The position numbers were made by a program, and so were the translations under genes. The notes beneath the pieces were generated by a model. That model was given only the letters and a program-made list of their open reading frames with translations. It searched no databases and was not told the DNA's origin. This document shows positions 59,754 to 63,122 of a DNA stretch of 63,122 nt, one piece after another (position 1 is the stretch's first letter; each line of letters opens with the position of its first letter). Source of the DNA: Carpediemonas membranifera BICM (taxonomy: Eukaryota; Protista; Fornicata); contig JAHDYR010000015.1 of NCBI GenBank assembly GCA_019828565.1, positions 1 to 63,122 on the forward strand, given 5' to 3'.

Positions 59754-60183
59754 GGGGGGTTTTGGTCTGGGACGTGTTGAACAAGTCGAGAAACAGTTCG
59801 CAGGTTGCGTCCGACCAGTTGTCGTCCTTGAGGTCCAGAAGGGTACGGCGTGCTTGGAGTTCCACCAGGAGTCTTGCTTTGAGCGGCTCGTCGTCGAGGG
59901 CGTTGACGATCACCATCACGCGGCGAAGCCACTTTGCTTCCGCCTTAAGTGGTCTCTTTGTCGGAAGCTCGCCGTATGCATCCATCTCTGCCAGTGTTTG
60001 GTCAATATCCGCTTCATCTTGTTCAGGGAAGAAATCAATTTGAGATTCCTTCGGCGGCTCGGTCTCGGGCGGCGGAGGAGGCGGATTAAGCTTTGCAAGC
60101 TGTTGCGAGATGGTAGCGATTGAGGCTTCTAGGTTATTGAGCCTCGTTGCCGTCGGATCTGGATGTTCCGAATTTTCTACCAT
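59656..60183 (-). CDS. gag-like ORF1 (element E)
   Basis: 175-aa ORF with a coiled N-terminus and basic C-terminus, starting within repeat A1. Confidence 0.75.
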   Translation of the reverse strand: MVENSEHPDPTATRLNNLEASIATISQQLAKLNPPPPPPETEPPKESQIDFFPEQDEADIDQTLAEMDAYGELPTKRPLKAEAKWLRRVMVIVNALDDEPLKARLLVELQARRTLLDLKDDNWSDATCELFLDLFNTSQTKTPRAISYCAAKARAKGKRKDQPQNKGGFHKKHKK

Positions 60184-60306
60184 TCTGCCCGCATAAACTG
60201 CGCGGCTCGCCTGGTCGGCGCATCACCATGCCGGAGCGAGGCGATCTCATTGCCCTCCGCTCACGGCCCGTTACCCGAGGTAACCTGTCAGCGCGATGTA
60301 ACGCCA

Positions 60307-63122
60307 CTATAACAGAGAGCCCTCCTCTTAAATCCAACCAAAATGGGGGCGAGTATTTACTTCGGGTGGCTTCCCCGAGCTCTTATGACAGACCCGGGTA
60401 AATCCTCGTCTCGCGATCCGGTCAGGTCCGAAACGGCTCCGACACCTGCCGATGCGTTTCGAAGTGTGACCTAAAGTGCACATTGATCGGCGCGCGCAGG
60501 TGCCAGTGATGGTCCTGTGACAGGATCCACAAAGTGTGGCTCTATAACAGAGAGCCCTCCTCTTAAATCCAACCAAAATGGGACAATCCCGCAAGACGTC
60601 CCTGTGGGACTAAAGCTTTGGGCCGGCGAGTCTATCTCGCCTCGACCAGAGTTAAGAATTAATGATGAATCCAGGCCGGCGAGTCCGTCTCGCCTCGGCC
60701 GTTCCCCTCGAACGCGGATGTTTAATGGAGGGGGTGGTTAAAAGTGGGGCCCGAGAAGGCTGAGGTTCATCCTCCTGGTGAGGTCCTCGTTTGTTCTGAT
60801 GGCGTCAGCGACATAGCTGCGGAGGGAGGTGACGTCCTTCCATGTGCCCATTGAGAGGATCACCTCCAGCGGGACTCCTGATAGAGCCATCTCCGACGCT
60901 GCCCCCTTACGGAAGCTGTGGAGACCCGTCCGTGGACCGAACAACGCCTTCACGACTCGTCGGAGGTGTGCGGCTGTGAGCGGTTTGTCTCTGCTCAGGC
61001 GCCCGTTGACTATGACTCGCCAGATGGGGGTGTCATCAGCCAGGTAGTGTGTGCCCTCGACCCAGCGTCTAAGTGCCAAGGCCGGGTTGAAGGCGGCTGA
61101 TAGCCATACGTATGGTACGCGCTTCTTAACTCCCGTTAGGATGGTCTTGGTCCGCTGAATGTGTAGGAGAATGTCGCCGTTCTTGAGTAGCTCCAGGTCG
61201 GCCGGGCATAGGGAGAGTATCTCGATGCCTCTGGACACCGTCAGATAGGCGACTGCCCCAAAGAGACATGCCTGATATGACTCAAAGTCGTCACTCCGGC
61301 GCCCCAGTGCCTCGATCATCTCAGCCTTGGTGATGGCGCGCGAGCCGCCGGTAGTTCCCGCCGTGCTGGCGCCCTTAGCCGCCTGCTTAACGATGTACTT
61401 GGAGTTGGCGGGCGGATGCCAGTCTTTGAGGAACTCCTGTAGCTGAACAATCCAGTAGCCCTTCCTCGCCACGTTCGATGGCCCGCAGAAGGAGCCTTCG
61501 TCCTTGAGGAAGGCTACAAGCTGGTCTCGATCCGACAGGCTGCGATCGCGAGAGCCTTCGAACCTGGCCACCCAGCCGGCCACCGTCCGAGCAGACGCGT
61601 GATTAAGGTGAATCACTCTGTCCGACCTGAGGACTCTGTGGAAAACGTCCTGAACGCCATCACATTGAACCGTAGGCGTCCTCTGTCCTGTAGGTGAAGT
61701 AGGTGGGCCAGATCTGAGCTCGAAGCCGGGACGGAGAGACGGAGTTTCCAGGACGTCCAACTCTTGAGGAGTCTCATCTCCGGCGCTTGAACCTCTGGGT
61801 AGAGGAGAAAGACTGCTGAGGTCCAAGACCTCGGGTGTCCAGTCTGAGTCTGAACTCTCGCTGTCGCTATCTTCTGGACTATGGCTGCCATAGACGAATT
61901 GGGGGCCCAGAGGACGCGACATCCAAGCCTTACGTCTACGTCCGTTGAGACTGTCTGGACTGGACCCCACTCCGCGAGGACAGATTCCATGCTGGACTCC
62001 AGAGAGGAAGGGAGTCGTGAGAAGCCTCTGGACAGCCGATCTGCTGCCAGGTTGATGATGCCCGGAGTGTGTAGTCCACGGAGTGTCAGGTTCCGGTCCT
62101 CCGCCTCCTTCTGGATCTGGGCTAGAATGTGCAGGGCCTGAGGTGGAGCCTTCGTAGACCCCGCCTTGTTGAGCCAGGCCAGAGCTGATGTGTTGTCTGA
62201 GAAGATCGATAGCTCGCGTTGGGAACTCTGTCTGCCGATCAGACGGATGCCCTGTAGGATTCCCATGAGCTCCTTCACGTTGATAGATTCTGCTCTTAGT
62301 TCTGGAGTGAACGTGCCCGAGGCTGAGGTCCCATACTCGCCGTGCACGGCTGCTCCCCACTTGACTCCAGATGCGTCTGTCGATACGACGAGGTCTAAGG
62401 AGGGGTGAGCGCCCCAAAGCGACTGAAGTTCTCTGATGTCTCGGACTGGGCGCTCTCTTAGCAGTAGCAGCCACTCTTGCAGTAGCTCCTTGGAGAGTGG
62501 GTCCTGTTGAAGGTGTCTCAGCCGGAGGAAAGCCCCGTGGGCGGTTGTAGCGAAGTAAGTCAGTCTCCCGAGGATCTTGGCCCAAGTCTCCTGATCGATG
62601 GTCTTGCCTGCCAGAGCCTGATGAATGTGAGAGGAGTAACGTTTGGCCTTGTCCGCCGGGAGGCGTATTGTAAAACTCGCGGAGTCTATCACGAGCCCCA
62701 GATAGACCAATGACTGAGTCGGTGCCCATTCTGACTTCTCCTCTGAGGTGAGGACACAGAGGTCGGCTAGAGTCCGCCTGATGCGCGGCACCGCCCTCCT
62801 CAGGATTTCTCGGTCGCGGTGAAATAAGAGGAAGTCGTCGAGGTAGACAACGATGGTAAGACCCGTCCGAAGGGCTAGTATCTTGGCGAGTTGGTTGGTG
62901 ATCGTCTGAAACACGAACGGCGATGCGCGCCAGCCGAAGCCTAGCACTCTGTACTGAAACGCTCGTCCGTCTGGAAGATAGACTCCTAGCAGCTTGCGGT
63001 CCTCCTTCCGTACCGGTACTTGATGGTACCCGGACTTGAGGTCGAACTTGACCATCCAGTCGCTCTGGAGAAGGGAGAGAGGTGTTGCTTTTGTCTTGCG
63101 CTTCGTGTAACTTTCAACCTTT
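60307..63122 (-). mobile_element. YR retrotransposon F (5' part runs off the window)
   Basis: B1 60542-60582 matches B2 60307-60347 (41 bp); YR ends at 60738 (SRGIEI, HSFRKG, GTW, SY); RT-RH 61613..>63055 (YLDD, TDAS). Confidence 0.93.

Larger units (their letters stand above)
56327..60306 (-). mobile_element. YR retrotransposon E, complete and apparently intact
   Basis: A1 60148-60306 matches A2 56469-56627 (159 bp); B1 56628-56672 matches B2 56327-56371 (45 bp). The gag, pol and YR ORFs are uninterrupted. Confidence 0.96.

Noticed and set aside
32159-63122. Prophage integrases, retrons or DGRs (bacterial reading of RT + YR next to a tRNA)
   Set aside because: The RT-RNaseH-MT/YR layout and split direct repeats are those of eukaryotic DIRS/PAT retrotransposons, and the context is eukaryotic.

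Overview
This window is a transposon-dense region of a eukaryotic, probably protist, genome; a 36-nt GT-AG intron, a tRNA-Met gene, and SET/PHD/chromodomain genes support this. The left part (1-24 kb) holds orphan and 'cargo-like' genes (SET, Ser/Thr kinase, tandem OTU, HEPN, a Chapaev/Transib-like DDE transposase) punctuated by four copies of a ~0.5-kb repeat. It also holds a complete 7.45-kb non-LTR retrotransposon (11493-18940, 13-bp TSD, A-rich tail) whose polyprotein reads OTU protease - 51-bp repeat linker - Maelstrom/arenavirus-NP-like DEDDh exonuclease - APE - RT. A second, divergent Maelstrom-like ORF (26005-28596) lies upstream of another APE. The right part (31-63 kb) is a same-strand, head-to-tail array of six PAT/DIRS-type tyrosine-recombinase retrotransposons (plus a gag remnant) with split direct repeats, stacked on both sides of a tRNA-Met gene. 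The array is interrupted by an 8.8-kb block containing SET, CHAT-like and PHD genes and a chromovirus. The best candidates for an undescribed system are (1) LINEs carrying a MAEL-like RNA exonuclease and (2) tRNA-anchored tandem arrays of YR retrotransposons. Many single-base frameshifts may be read errors. All domain calls come from motif recognition by eye, not database searches.
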